A stretch of 64,000 nucleotides of DNA from an uncultured Chlorobiaceae bacterium (lineage in GTDB: Bacteria; Bacteroidota; Ignavibacteria; UBA10030; SZUA-254): assembly GCA_964596065.1 (NCBI GenBank), contig CAZQSM010000001.1:69818-133817 (forward strand). Direction: 5' to 3'. Below are positions 7,953-16,926 of the stretch, piece by piece; within the stretch, counting starts at the first letter, position 1, and every line of letters begins with the position of its first letter. Position numbers and translations under genes: made by a program. The notes below the pieces were generated by a model that saw only the letters and a list, made by a program, of their open reading frames with translations, was not told the origin of the DNA and did not search any database.

Positions 7953-9492
7953 CCCTTTCCCCGGATTCGAGGCCGGCGGCGCGGTGCTGTACGGCTTCGG
8001 CGAGGTCCTCCGCCCTGATCGACGCCGAGCCGGAGAGGTCGGCGATCGTCCTTGCCACTTTCAGCACTCGGTTGTACGCGCGCGCTGAAAGCCCCAGCGC
8101 CGAGACGGCCGACCGCAGCAGTTCCGATCCCTCCCGGTCCGGCCGGCAATACTCCCTGATCGATGTTCCGTCCAGGTCCGCGTTGCAACGCGCCGGCCCC
8201 GCCGCGGCGAGCCGCCGCGTCTGGACCTCCCTCGCGCGGGCCACCCTGGTCCGGATGTCCGCCGAGGACTCGCCCCCGGAGTCGCCCGCCAGGTCCCCGT
8301 ATTTCACCGCGGGCACGTCGACGAGGATGTCGATCCTGTCGAGCAGGGGACCTGAAACCCTGCTCCGGTATCCGCGGACCTGGGAGGGGGTGCAGCGGCA
8401 GGCGCAGGTGGGATCGTCGCGGCGGCCGCAGGGACACGGATTCATCGCGCACACGAGGAGGAACCTGGCGGGGAACTCCACGGAGAGCTTCGCCCGGGAG
8501 ACGATGATGCTACCCGATTCCATCGGCTGGCGAAGGACCTCGAGGACGTTCCTGGCGAACTCCGGCAGTTCGTCGAGGAAAAGGACCCCATTGTGCGCGA
8601 GGGAGATCTCGCCGGGCCTCGGATGCGAACCGCCTCCCACGAGGGCGGTGTTGGAAATGGTATGGTGGGGGGCCCTGAACGGCCTCGTCGTGACAAGGGG
8701 GGTACCGGCCGGAAGCATCCCGGCAACCGAGTGGATTTTCGTCGTCTCCACCGCCTCCTCGAACGACATCCCGGGGAGGATCGACGGCATCCTCCGGGCC
8801 AGCATCGTTTTCCCGGAGCCCGGGGGCCCCACCATCAGGATATTATGTCCCCCGGCTGCCGCGATCTCCAGCCCCCGCCTGGCGTTCCCCTGCCCCCGGA
8901 CGTCGGCGTAGTCGGGCGGGGAGTGGCCGATCGCCGTTTCCCCCGTGGAACCGAAGACCTGTCTGTAGGGCTCCGGGCGCTCTGTGCCCCGGAGGAACGC
9001 CATCGTCTGCGCCAGGTTCGCCATCGGGTAGACGTCGAGACCTCGGACGAGGCCCGCCTCGGCGGCGTTCTCCTCCGGCACGATGACCCCCCGGAGCGAG
9101 CGGTCCCGCGCTTCCAGGGCGACGGGGAGGACTCCCTTGACCTTCCGCAACCGGCCGTCGAGCGCCAGCTCCCCGAGCAGGAGATAATCGGCCGCGCCGC
9201 CCGCCGGCGGATCTCCCACGGCGGTCAGGATGCCCACGGCGATCGGCAGGTCGAGCGCCGAGCCCTCCTTGCGGATCTCCGCCGGGGCCAGGTTGACGGT
9301 GATGCGCCATGTCGGGAACCTGAATCCCGACGTCTTGATCGCCGCGTAGACCCGCTCCCGGCTCTCTCGCACGACGCTGTCCGGGAGGCCGACGACGTTG
9401 AACATGCTGATCGTTGCCGCGATGTGCGTCTCCACCCTGATGATCCTGGCGTGAATGCCCACCGTCGCGCCGCTCAGTACGGTGGAGTACAT
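7945..9492 (-). CDS. comM: Mg-chelatase-like AAA+ ATPase ComM/YifB family
   Basis: Walker A GPPGSGKT, LFLDELPEF, C-terminal Cys-rich CPCGRRDDPTCACRC region. Start taken at Met MYSTVLSG (the ORF-track N-terminal extension is Arg/Gly-rich and unsupported). Confidence 0.85.
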   Translation of the reverse strand: MYSTVLSGATVGIHARIIRVETHIAATISMFNVVGLPDSVVRESRERVYAAIKTSGFRFPTWRITVNLAPAEIRKEGSALDLPIAVGILTAVGDPPAGGAADYLLLGELALDGRLRKVKGVLPVALEARDRSLRGVIVPEENAAEAGLVRGLDVYPMANLAQTMAFLRGTERPEPYRQVFGSTGETAIGHSPPDYADVRGQGNARRGLEIAAAGGHNILMVGPPGSGKTMLARRMPSILPGMSFEEAVETTKIHSVAGMLPAGTPLVTTRPFRAPHHTISNTALVGGGSHPRPGEISLAHNGVLFLDELPEFARNVLEVLRQPMESGSIIVSRAKLSVEFPARFLLVCAMNPCPCGRRDDPTCACRCTPSQVRGYRSRVSGPLLDRIDILVDVPAVKYGDLAGDSGGESSADIRTRVARAREVQTRRLAAAGPARCNADLDGTSIREYCRPDREGSELLRSAVSALGLSARAYNRVLKVARTIADLSGSASIRAEDLAEAVQHRAAGLESGERVS

Positions 9493-9642
9493 GATTTTTC
9501 CCGGGGGATCCACACCCCCAATCTCGGTCAATTTTATTCCCGGGGAAATGGGGAGATCACCCATTCGGGAGTCGCGGCCGGGATCTTTTTTGTGCGGGGG
9601 GGAATTGCTATATTCCCTGAAAATTCAAGACCCCTGACCACC

Positions 9643-12630
9643 ATGATGCGACAGAAGACCGTTTCCGACCGCGGGCTGCTGCTCCTCCCGATCCTGACCG
9701 CACTCCTCGCCGCCGCCCCCGCTTCAATGGCGCAGCGCCTATCCTCCTCCGTCGATCCGTTCATCGGCACAGGGGGACACGGACATACGTTTCCCGGGGC
9801 CACCACGCCGTTCGGCCTCGTGCAATTGAGCCCGGATACGCGGTACGAGGGATGGGACGCCTGCGGGGGTTATCATTACTCCGACACGACGATACTCGGA
9901 TTCAGCCACCTCCACCTGAGCGGGACGGGAATCGCCGATTACGGCGACATCCTGGTGACGCCAACCCTCCGCACGCTCGACTTTGCCCCGATGGCCGACG
10001 GGAAACCGTCGTACAGACACCGGTCGCCGTTCTCGCACGACGATGAAACGGCGTCGCCGGGATACTACAGCGTGCTCCTCGGGGACGGGGGGATCCGTGC
10101 GGAGCTGACTGCCACGCCGCGGTGCGGATTCCACCGGTACACGTTCCCGAAGTCCGATTCCGCCGCGATCATCCTCGACCTCCTGCACGGGCTCGGGCCG
10201 GACCGGGTGGTGGAATCGGCCATCCAGATCACCGGCAACAACGAAGTCACCGGCTACCGGCGGTCGTCGGGTTGGGCGAGCGACCAGCGGGTCTGGTTCG
10301 TCGCCGAATTCTCGAAGCCGTTCACCGGTTTCGGTACGGTGCGCAACGACACGATCCGCGCGGAATCACGCGCCGATACCGGGACGAACCTCCGCGCCTT
10401 CGTCACCTACCGGACGGGGCTTGTGGAGGAAGTCCTCGTCAGGGTCGGCATCTCGACGGTGAGCCTCGATGGCGCGAGGAAAAATCTGGCGGTCGAGATC
10501 CGCGACTGGGACTTCAACAAGGTGAGGGAAACGGCCGAACTCGTCTGGGAACGGGAACTAAGCAGGATCGTGGTGGAGGGAGGCGCGGCAAGGGACAAAA
10601 CGATTTTTTACACAGCGCTCTACCACTCGATGATCGCGCCCAACATCGCCAACGATGTGGACGGGAATTACCGCGGGATGGACATGGCAGTCCATTCCGA
10701 AAAGGGCTTCACGATGTATTCGGTCTTTTCCCTCTGGGACACCTTTCGGGCGCTCCACCCGCTGCTGACGCTGCTCGACCCGGCCCGGACCTCGGACTTC
10801 ATCCGCTCGATGCTTCGTAAATACGAAGAGGGAGGCGTTCTCCCGGTCTGGGAACTCGCCTCGAACGAGACGTGGACGATGATCGGCTACCATTCGGTGC
10901 CGGTCATCGCCGACGCCTATGCCAAGGGGGTCCGCGGATTCGATTCGTCGCTCGCGCTCGCGGCGATGAAACACTCCGCCGGACTCAACCGGTCCGGGCT
11001 CGACCGGTACCGGAACTACGGCTATGTCCCGGGGGACCAGGAGGGGGAGAGCGTTTCGAAGACGCTGGAGTACGCGTACGACGACTGGTGCATCTCCAGG
11101 TTCGCGGGCGCGCTCGGCGATGCCCAGTCGGCGGCCAAATTCGAGGAACGTTCCCAATATTACGTCAACCTCTTCGATCCGGCGACCCGATTCATGCGGC
11201 CTCGGATCAACGGGGGATGGGCCGAACCGTTCGACCCGAGGGCGGTGACGTTCCACTACACGGAAGCCAACCCGTGGCAATACACCTTCTTCGCGCCGCA
11301 CGACATCGGGGGGCTCATCTCCCTCTTCGGCGGCGAGGCGCCGTTCATCGAAAAACTCGATTCGCTCTTCTACGGTTCCTCCGGGACGACGGGCCGGGAC
11401 CAGGCGGACATCACCGGGATGATCGGGCAGTACGCGCAGGGGAACGAGCCGAGCCATCATTTCGCCTACCTCTACTCCCACGCGGGGGCGCCGTGGAAGA
11501 CGCAGAAGATCGTCAGGACGATCATCGATTCGCTCTATACCGACCGGCCCGACGGACTCTGCGGCAACGACGATTGCGGCCAGATGTCCGCATGGTACGT
11601 CTTCAGCGCGCTCGGGTTCTACCCCGTAACGCCCGGGACACCGCTCTACACGACGGGGACACCCGTCTTCCCCCGGGCCAGGATCAATCTCCCGAACCGC
11701 AGGACGTTCGTCGTCGAGGCGCCGGGTGTCTCCTCCGCGAACCGCTACATCCAGTCGGCCGCGATCAACGGACGAAGCATCGGGGGAATGACGCTTCGGC
11801 ACGACGTGATCGCCTCCGGCGGGGAGATCGTGTTCACGATGGGGCCGGGACCGAAGACGGACCTTCCCGGGGCGGGTGTCGTCTACTCCGAATACGAGCC
11901 GAAACGAAAAATCACCCCGGTCCCGTTTTTCACCACCCCGGTGAAGTCGTTCGTCGATTCGCTCACCCTCGGCATCGCCGGGTCCTCGCCCGGCGCGACG
12001 GTCTATTTCACGTCGGACGGCACCATCCCCAACTTTTCATCACCGGAATACAGCGGACCGCTGACGCTCGCGGGGACCACCTCCGTCCACGCGATCGCGG
12101 CGGCACCGGGGCGGTCGACGGGGGGACTGCTCTATGGCGAATTCGTGCGGCACGTGCCGCTCGGATCGGTGACGCTGAACGCCCGGTACAGCCCCCAATA
12201 CACGGGCGGGGGGGACAGCGCGCTCGTCGACGGCCTGAGGGGGGCCGCGGATTTCCGGTTGGGCGCCTGGCAGGGATACGAGGAGGTGGACCTCGACATC
12301 GTGGTCGACCTGGGGAGCGTAAAAACGGTCGACGATGTTTCCCTCGGCGTCCTGCAGGACAACAATTCGTGGATCTTCTTCCCGACCTCCGTCGAAGTTT
12401 CGCTCTCGGAGGAAGGGTTGAATTACGCCGCGCCGGTGATCGTCAGGAACGACATTTCACCGCGCGAACCGGAGGCCCGGGTGAAGGATTTCAACGTCCA
12501 CGTCGGCCCCGCGCGGGCCAGGTTCGTGAGGATCGTCGCGCGCAACATCGGCCGGTGTCCGGAATGGCACAAGGGCGCCGGCGGCAAGGCGTGGCTGTTC
12601 GCGGATGAAATCGTCGTAAGGACGCGTTGA
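9643..12630 (+). CDS. GH92 alpha-mannosidase (likely alpha-1,2) with C-terminal discoidin/F5-8-like domain
   Basis: Signal peptide MMRQKTVSDRGLLLLPILTALLAAAPASMA. GH92 signature DPFIGTGGHGHTFPGATTPFGLVQLSPDT. About 995 aa. The ORF-track entry 8593..12630 has a spurious 5' extension overlapping comM antisense. Confidence 0.85.
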   Translation: MMRQKTVSDRGLLLLPILTALLAAAPASMAQRLSSSVDPFIGTGGHGHTFPGATTPFGLVQLSPDTRYEGWDACGGYHYSDTTILGFSHLHLSGTGIADYGDILVTPTLRTLDFAPMADGKPSYRHRSPFSHDDETASPGYYSVLLGDGGIRAELTATPRCGFHRYTFPKSDSAAIILDLLHGLGPDRVVESAIQITGNNEVTGYRRSSGWASDQRVWFVAEFSKPFTGFGTVRNDTIRAESRADTGTNLRAFVTYRTGLVEEVLVRVGISTVSLDGARKNLAVEIRDWDFNKVRETAELVWERELSRIVVEGGAARDKTIFYTALYHSMIAPNIANDVDGNYRGMDMAVHSEKGFTMYSVFSLWDTFRALHPLLTLLDPARTSDFIRSMLRKYEEGGVLPVWELASNETWTMIGYHSVPVIADAYAKGVRGFDSSLALAAMKHSAGLNRSGLDRYRNYGYVPGDQEGESVSKTLEYAYDDWCISRFAGALGDAQSAAKFEERSQYYVNLFDPATRFMRPRINGGWAEPFDPRAVTFHYTEANPWQYTFFAPHDIGGLISLFGGEAPFIEKLDSLFYGSSGTTGRDQADITGMIGQYAQGNEPSHHFAYLYSHAGAPWKTQKIVRTIIDSLYTDRPDGLCGNDDCGQMSAWYVFSALGFYPVTPGTPLYTTGTPVFPRARINLPNRRTFVVEAPGVSSANRYIQSAAINGRSIGGMTLRHDVIASGGEIVFTMGPGPKTDLPGAGVVYSEYEPKRKITPVPFFTTPVKSFVDSLTLGIAGSSPGATVYFTSDGTIPNFSSPEYSGPLTLAGTTSVHAIAAAPGRSTGGLLYGEFVRHVPLGSVTLNARYSPQYTGGGDSALVDGLRGAADFRLGAWQGYEEVDLDIVVDLGSVKTVDDVSLGVLQDNNSWIFFPTSVEVSLSEEGLNYAAPVIVRNDISPREPEARVKDFNVHVGPARARFVRIVARNIGRCPEWHKGAGGKAWLFADEIVVRTR

Positions 12631-15600
12631 ACCGCAGGTCGTTCATCAGGAACGCCGGCGGGGCCGCCATCGCCGGCCTCGGGGCGTCCCTTCTCGCCTC
12701 CGACGCCGCGGCCGCCCGGGCGTTGTTCCGGGGAGACGCTCCCGCCCGGGTGGCGGTGTTGTTCGATCCGGGATTTCCGGGGGAGGAGGATTTCGGCCTG
12801 ACGAGGGAACAGCTGGCGGCCGGCCTTTCACGGTTCTCCGCGGTGTTTCTCTCCGCCGCGGAGCTCGAGGCGGGGCTGCCCGGCGGCGGTTACGCGCTCC
12901 TCGTCAATCCCTACGGTTCGGCGTTCCCCGTCGGCTCATGGAGGGCGATCCGGAGCTTCCTGTCCCGGGGCGGGAGTCTCCTGAATCTCGGAGGTGTGCC
13001 GTTCGCTGTCCCGGTCAGGAGGGAGGGCGCCGCCTGGGTCCGCGAAGTCCGGCAGACCGCCTACCACAAACAGCTTGGGATCACGGCGTCGTTCGTCGTC
13101 CCGGTCGGGCCGGGCACGACGATCCGGGAAGTCGGCGCCGGGAGGGAGGGTCAGGGCGTGGCGGAACTGATACACCCCATCCGCGTGCACGAATGCAATT
13201 ACCGTTTCACCTCCACGCGCGACTTTCCGCTCGAGGATGGAAGTTCCGGACAGCGCGACGCGACGATCACCGCGCTCGCCGGCGTCTTCACGGCAGCGGG
13301 CGACATGGTCGCCGTTCCCGTCGCGCTCGTCGAGCGGCGGCTGGGAGAATTCGCCGGTGGAAGGTGGGTCCTGGCGGCCTTCGGGGGAACGCTGATGGTC
13401 GGGGCGATCGACCGGCTGGCCCTGACAGCGATCGCGCCTTCCCGGACCGCCTCCATTCTTCCCTCGTTCGCCACCTACTACCCTGGAGAAACCCCCGCCC
13501 TCAGGGTCAGCGTCGTGGACGATCGCGAACCCGGTGCCCCGGACCCGGAGGGCGAATGGACGGTGACGATCACCGGCGACGGGGGCCGCTTCCGGTTCCG
13601 TACGCTGCTTGCCGGCGCCGATCTGAGGCGGGCCCTCACCTCCGTCTGGGTCATGCCGCGGGGCGAAGCGGGCCGGATGAAGCCCGGCTTCTACACGGTC
13701 GAGGGACGATTCACCCCCCGGCCGGACGGCGGCCGCCCGGCGGAAGAGCTCTCCTGCGTGAACGGTTTCTGGATCCATGACCCGGCCCTCTTGTCCGCCG
13801 GCGATCCCCTGACGGTCCGGGGTTCCCAGTTCTACCGGGACGGCAAACCCTACCCGGTCACCGGCACGAGTTACATGAGCGACGGCGTCCAGCGGAAATT
13901 CCTCTTCGAGCCGAATCCCCACCTCTGGGACAGGGATTTCCGGGAGATGAAGGCGGCGGGGATCAACATGGTCCGGACGGGGATCTGGACTGGATGGAAG
14001 AACGTGATGCTGGACGTCGGGAACGTGGCCGAATTCCCGCTGCGGGCGCTCGACGCGTTCATGCTCACGGCGAGGCACCACGACCTCCCCGTGATCTTCA
14101 CGTTTTTCGCCTTCCTGCCCGAGGCGTGGGGCGGCGTAAACCCATATCTCGACCCGCGCTCGGTCGAGGCGCAGCAGCGGTTCGTCTCCGCGATCTCGTC
14201 ACGTTACAGGAACGACCCGGGGGTGATCTGGGACCTGATCAATGAACCGTCGTTTTCCTCCCCCGACCATCTCTGGCTCTGCCGCCCGAACTACGACCGC
14301 CACGAAAGCGCCGCGTGGAGGGAATGGCTCCGCGGCCGGGCGTCCGGCGGCGGAACGGACGCAACCGGGCCGGCGGGGAACAATCGTGAACGGCACCGGC
14401 TGCTCGACGGGGAGGAGCCGGAGCTCCCGCCGATCGGGGATTTCCGCGACACGAACATCATCGGAGAACGAAAACCCCTCCGCGTCGGCGACTACCGGCT
14501 CTTCGCGCAGGAGATGTTCCGTCGATGGACACTCGCGATAGCCTCGGTCCTGAAGCCGGTGGCCGGAAGGAACCAGCTGCTGACCGTCGGTCAGGACGAA
14601 GGTGGGACATATGAACGCCCTGGCCCGCATTTCTTCGCCCCCGGCATAGACTTCACGTCGATGCACAACTGGTGGTTCAACGACGACCTCCTCTGGGACA
14701 GCGTCATCACCACGGTCGACGGGAAACCGAACCTGATCGGCGAGACGGGCGTGATGGTCTACGAGAAGGCGGACGGGAGCCCCCGGCGAAGCGAGGAGGA
14801 CGCGCGTGACCTGCTCGAGCGGAAACTGGCCGTGACGTTTGCCGCCGGCGGGGCCGGGTTCATCAACTGGCTCTGGAACAGCAATCCCTACATGGATTCG
14901 GAAAACGAGGCGGGGATCGGCCTGAAGCGCGCCGACGGCAGCCTGAAGCCGGAATTCGACGTGGTCAGGCAATACGCCCGGTTCTTCTCCGCGCACTCCT
15001 CGTGGCTGGAGGATCCCGCTCCCGCGGACGCGGTGATGGTGATCCCCCATTCCAACATGTTCTCGACGTCGAATTTCGCCACTGAGGCGACGAGGAACTG
15101 CGTCCGGGCGATGGAATACCACTGCCGGATCGGGCTGCGCGCCGTTTCGGAATACACGGTCGGGATACTGGCGGTCCCACCCCGGCTCATCCTCTTCCCG
15201 TCCCCCTCCGTGATCGACCGGGACGCCTGGGAGACGCTCCTGACGCTCGTCCGCGGGGGGTCGACGCTCCTCGTCACCGGCCCGATCGACTACGACCCCT
15301 ACCTGATGCCGGTCGCGAGGAGCGCCGCCCTGGGGATCGCGGGATCCACGACCGGCGTGGGAGCCGGGGAACATCTCCGGATCGGGGAGCGCGAATACCG
15401 GCTCGGCTTCAGGGGGGAGAAGATGCAGCGGATCGAAAAATTCGTTCCTTCCGGGGTTGGCGCTGCCGCCCCTTTCGTCGTACCGGCGGGGAAAGGCCGG
15501 GTGATCTGGTCCCCGCTGCCCGTCGAGGTTTCCGATTCTCTCGAGGCGACGGCCGCGCTGTACCTGTTCGCCGCGGACCGGGCGGGTCTTCCATCCGACC

Positions 15601-15839
15601 TCGACGGCGTCACCGACGACCCGTCGGTCCTGGTCCGGAGCGTCAGGTACAGTGACGCGCTGATGCTCGCGTTCATTTCGGAGGCGGCGGCTCCGAGGAC
15701 GATCGCCGGGAACCTGCGGGGGAGCGGTGCGGGGTTTTCGATCACGGTCCCGGCCGGACGCACCGTGATGAACCTGTATCGCCGCCGCGAGGGGACCCTC
15801 ATCGCCGCCCTCAACCCGTCGCTCGCCGACGCCTACTAA
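12627..15839 (+). CDS. TAT-exported clan GH-A (TIM-barrel) glycoside hydrolase, GH5/GH42-like; candidate beta-mannosidase/beta-glycosidase
   Basis: TTG start overlapping the GH92 stop. Twin-arginine motif NRRSFIRNAG. Acid/base-like WDLINEPS and nucleophile-like NLIGETGV. DFREMKAAGINMVRTGIW barrel signature. Specificity is not determinable by eye. Confidence 0.55.
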   Translation: MNRRSFIRNAGGAAIAGLGASLLASDAAAARALFRGDAPARVAVLFDPGFPGEEDFGLTREQLAAGLSRFSAVFLSAAELEAGLPGGGYALLVNPYGSAFPVGSWRAIRSFLSRGGSLLNLGGVPFAVPVRREGAAWVREVRQTAYHKQLGITASFVVPVGPGTTIREVGAGREGQGVAELIHPIRVHECNYRFTSTRDFPLEDGSSGQRDATITALAGVFTAAGDMVAVPVALVERRLGEFAGGRWVLAAFGGTLMVGAIDRLALTAIAPSRTASILPSFATYYPGETPALRVSVVDDREPGAPDPEGEWTVTITGDGGRFRFRTLLAGADLRRALTSVWVMPRGEAGRMKPGFYTVEGRFTPRPDGGRPAEELSCVNGFWIHDPALLSAGDPLTVRGSQFYRDGKPYPVTGTSYMSDGVQRKFLFEPNPHLWDRDFREMKAAGINMVRTGIWTGWKNVMLDVGNVAEFPLRALDAFMLTARHHDLPVIFTFFAFLPEAWGGVNPYLDPRSVEAQQRFVSAISSRYRNDPGVIWDLINEPSFSSPDHLWLCRPNYDRHESAAWREWLRGRASGGGTDATGPAGNNRERHRLLDGEEPELPPIGDFRDTNIIGERKPLRVGDYRLFAQEMFRRWTLAIASVLKPVAGRNQLLTVGQDEGGTYERPGPHFFAPGIDFTSMHNWWFNDDLLWDSVITTVDGKPNLIGETGVMVYEKADGSPRRSEEDARDLLERKLAVTFAAGGAGFINWLWNSNPYMDSENEAGIGLKRADGSLKPEFDVVRQYARFFSAHSSWLEDPAPADAVMVIPHSNMFSTSNFATEATRNCVRAMEYHCRIGLRAVSEYTVGILAVPPRLILFPSPSVIDRDAWETLLTLVRGGSTLLVTGPIDYDPYLMPVARSAALGIAGSTTGVGAGEHLRIGEREYRLGFRGEKMQRIEKFVPSGVGAAAPFVVPAGKGRVIWSPLPVEVSDSLEATAALYLFAADRAGLPSDLDGVTDDPSVLVRSVRYSDALMLAFISEAAAPRTIAGNLRGSGAGFSITVPAGRTVMNLYRRREGTLIAALNPSLADAY

Positions 15840-15847
15840 AAGGAGAA

Positions 15848-16840
15848 GTGATGAAACGAAGAACCTTCATCGGAGCTGCCGCGCTCCTCGGTTTGCCTGC
15901 CCGTTCCCTCGCCGGCAGGATGCTGGATCCGGGCGCCCGGACCCCGCGCGATCAGGGGGAGGGCGATGCCGGCGTCGTCGTCTCGACCTGGAATTTCGCG
16001 GGAGCTAGCGAAGCGGCCGGCGAAAGCCTCGACCGGGGAGCCAGCCCGCTCGACGCGGTCGAAGCGGGAATCAGGGTCGCCGAGGCGGACCCCTCGAATA
16101 CGAGCGTCGGCATCGGCGGCTATCCCGACCGTGACGGACACCTGACGCTCGACGCGTCGATCATGGAGGGGAACGGACGCTGCGGCGCGGTCGTCTTCAT
16201 GGAGGGGATCGACCACCCGATCTCGGTCGCCCGGCTTGTGATGGAACAATCGCCCCACGTCCTCCTCGCGGGCGACGGCGCCGCGCGGTTCGCGATGGAG
16301 CACGGGTTCGAGTCCAGGAAGAAACTCACCCCCGGCGCGAAACAGGCGTATCAGGATTGGCTGAAGGCTTCCGGTTACCGGCCGGCGCCGATAGGCCCGG
16401 AGAACCACGACACGATCGGCATGCTGGCGCTGAAAGGGGGGAAACTGGCGGGAGGTTGTTCGACGAGCGGGGCCGCCTGGAAGATGCACGGCAGGGTCGG
16501 CGACTCGCCCATCATCGGCGCCGGCCTGTTCGTCGATGACGCCGTCGGCGCCGCCACCTCGACGGGGTTGGGCGAAACGGTGATCCGGATCGCCGGCAGC
16601 GCTCTCGTGGTGGAGCTGATGCGGCAGGGACGGAGTCCGCGGGAAGCCTGCAGGGGTGCGGTGGAGCGGTTATACGAGAAACATCCGGAACTTCGGGCGG
16701 ACACCGGGTTTCTCGCTGCGTTCCTCGCACTGCGGAAAGACGGCGAAGTCGGGGCTTATGGCTTCGGCCCGGGATTCGAGTATGCCCTGTTCAGGCGGGG
16801 GGTGAAAACCGTGGTGAAATCAGAATACCTCAAGGTGTAA
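15848..16840 (+). CDS. TAT-exported N4-(beta-N-acetylglucosaminyl)-L-asparaginase / isoaspartyl peptidase family (Ntn hydrolase)
   Basis: TAT motif KRRTFIGAAALL. Conserved HDTIGMLAL (nucleophile Thr) and GAGLFVDD motifs of glycosylasparaginases. Confidence 0.8.
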   Translation: MMKRRTFIGAAALLGLPARSLAGRMLDPGARTPRDQGEGDAGVVVSTWNFAGASEAAGESLDRGASPLDAVEAGIRVAEADPSNTSVGIGGYPDRDGHLTLDASIMEGNGRCGAVVFMEGIDHPISVARLVMEQSPHVLLAGDGAARFAMEHGFESRKKLTPGAKQAYQDWLKASGYRPAPIGPENHDTIGMLALKGGKLAGGCSTSGAAWKMHGRVGDSPIIGAGLFVDDAVGAATSTGLGETVIRIAGSALVVELMRQGRSPREACRGAVERLYEKHPELRADTGFLAAFLALRKDGEVGAYGFGPGFEYALFRRGVKTVVKSEYLKV

Positions 16841-16926
16841 ACCCCGTACGTGGCATCTTGGCGTCGCAATTCGTATATTATCGCCGATTTTTTATCCCAT
16901 TCTGCCACCACCAGGACCCCGGCGCC

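Noticed and set aside
8593-9642. N-terminal 350 codons of the 1345-aa plus-strand ORF preceding the GH92 signal peptide
   Set aside because: It is antisense to comM, Arg/Gly-rich, and the GH92 homology with its signal peptide begins at Met 9643. It is a spurious 5' extension.
10558-15374. Several long minus-strand ORFs (10558..11802, 12936..14081, 14199..15374) antisense to the GH92 and GH-A genes
   Set aside because: Extreme Arg/Gly/Pro/Glu/Asp composition, no motifs, and full overlap with strongly supported sense genes.
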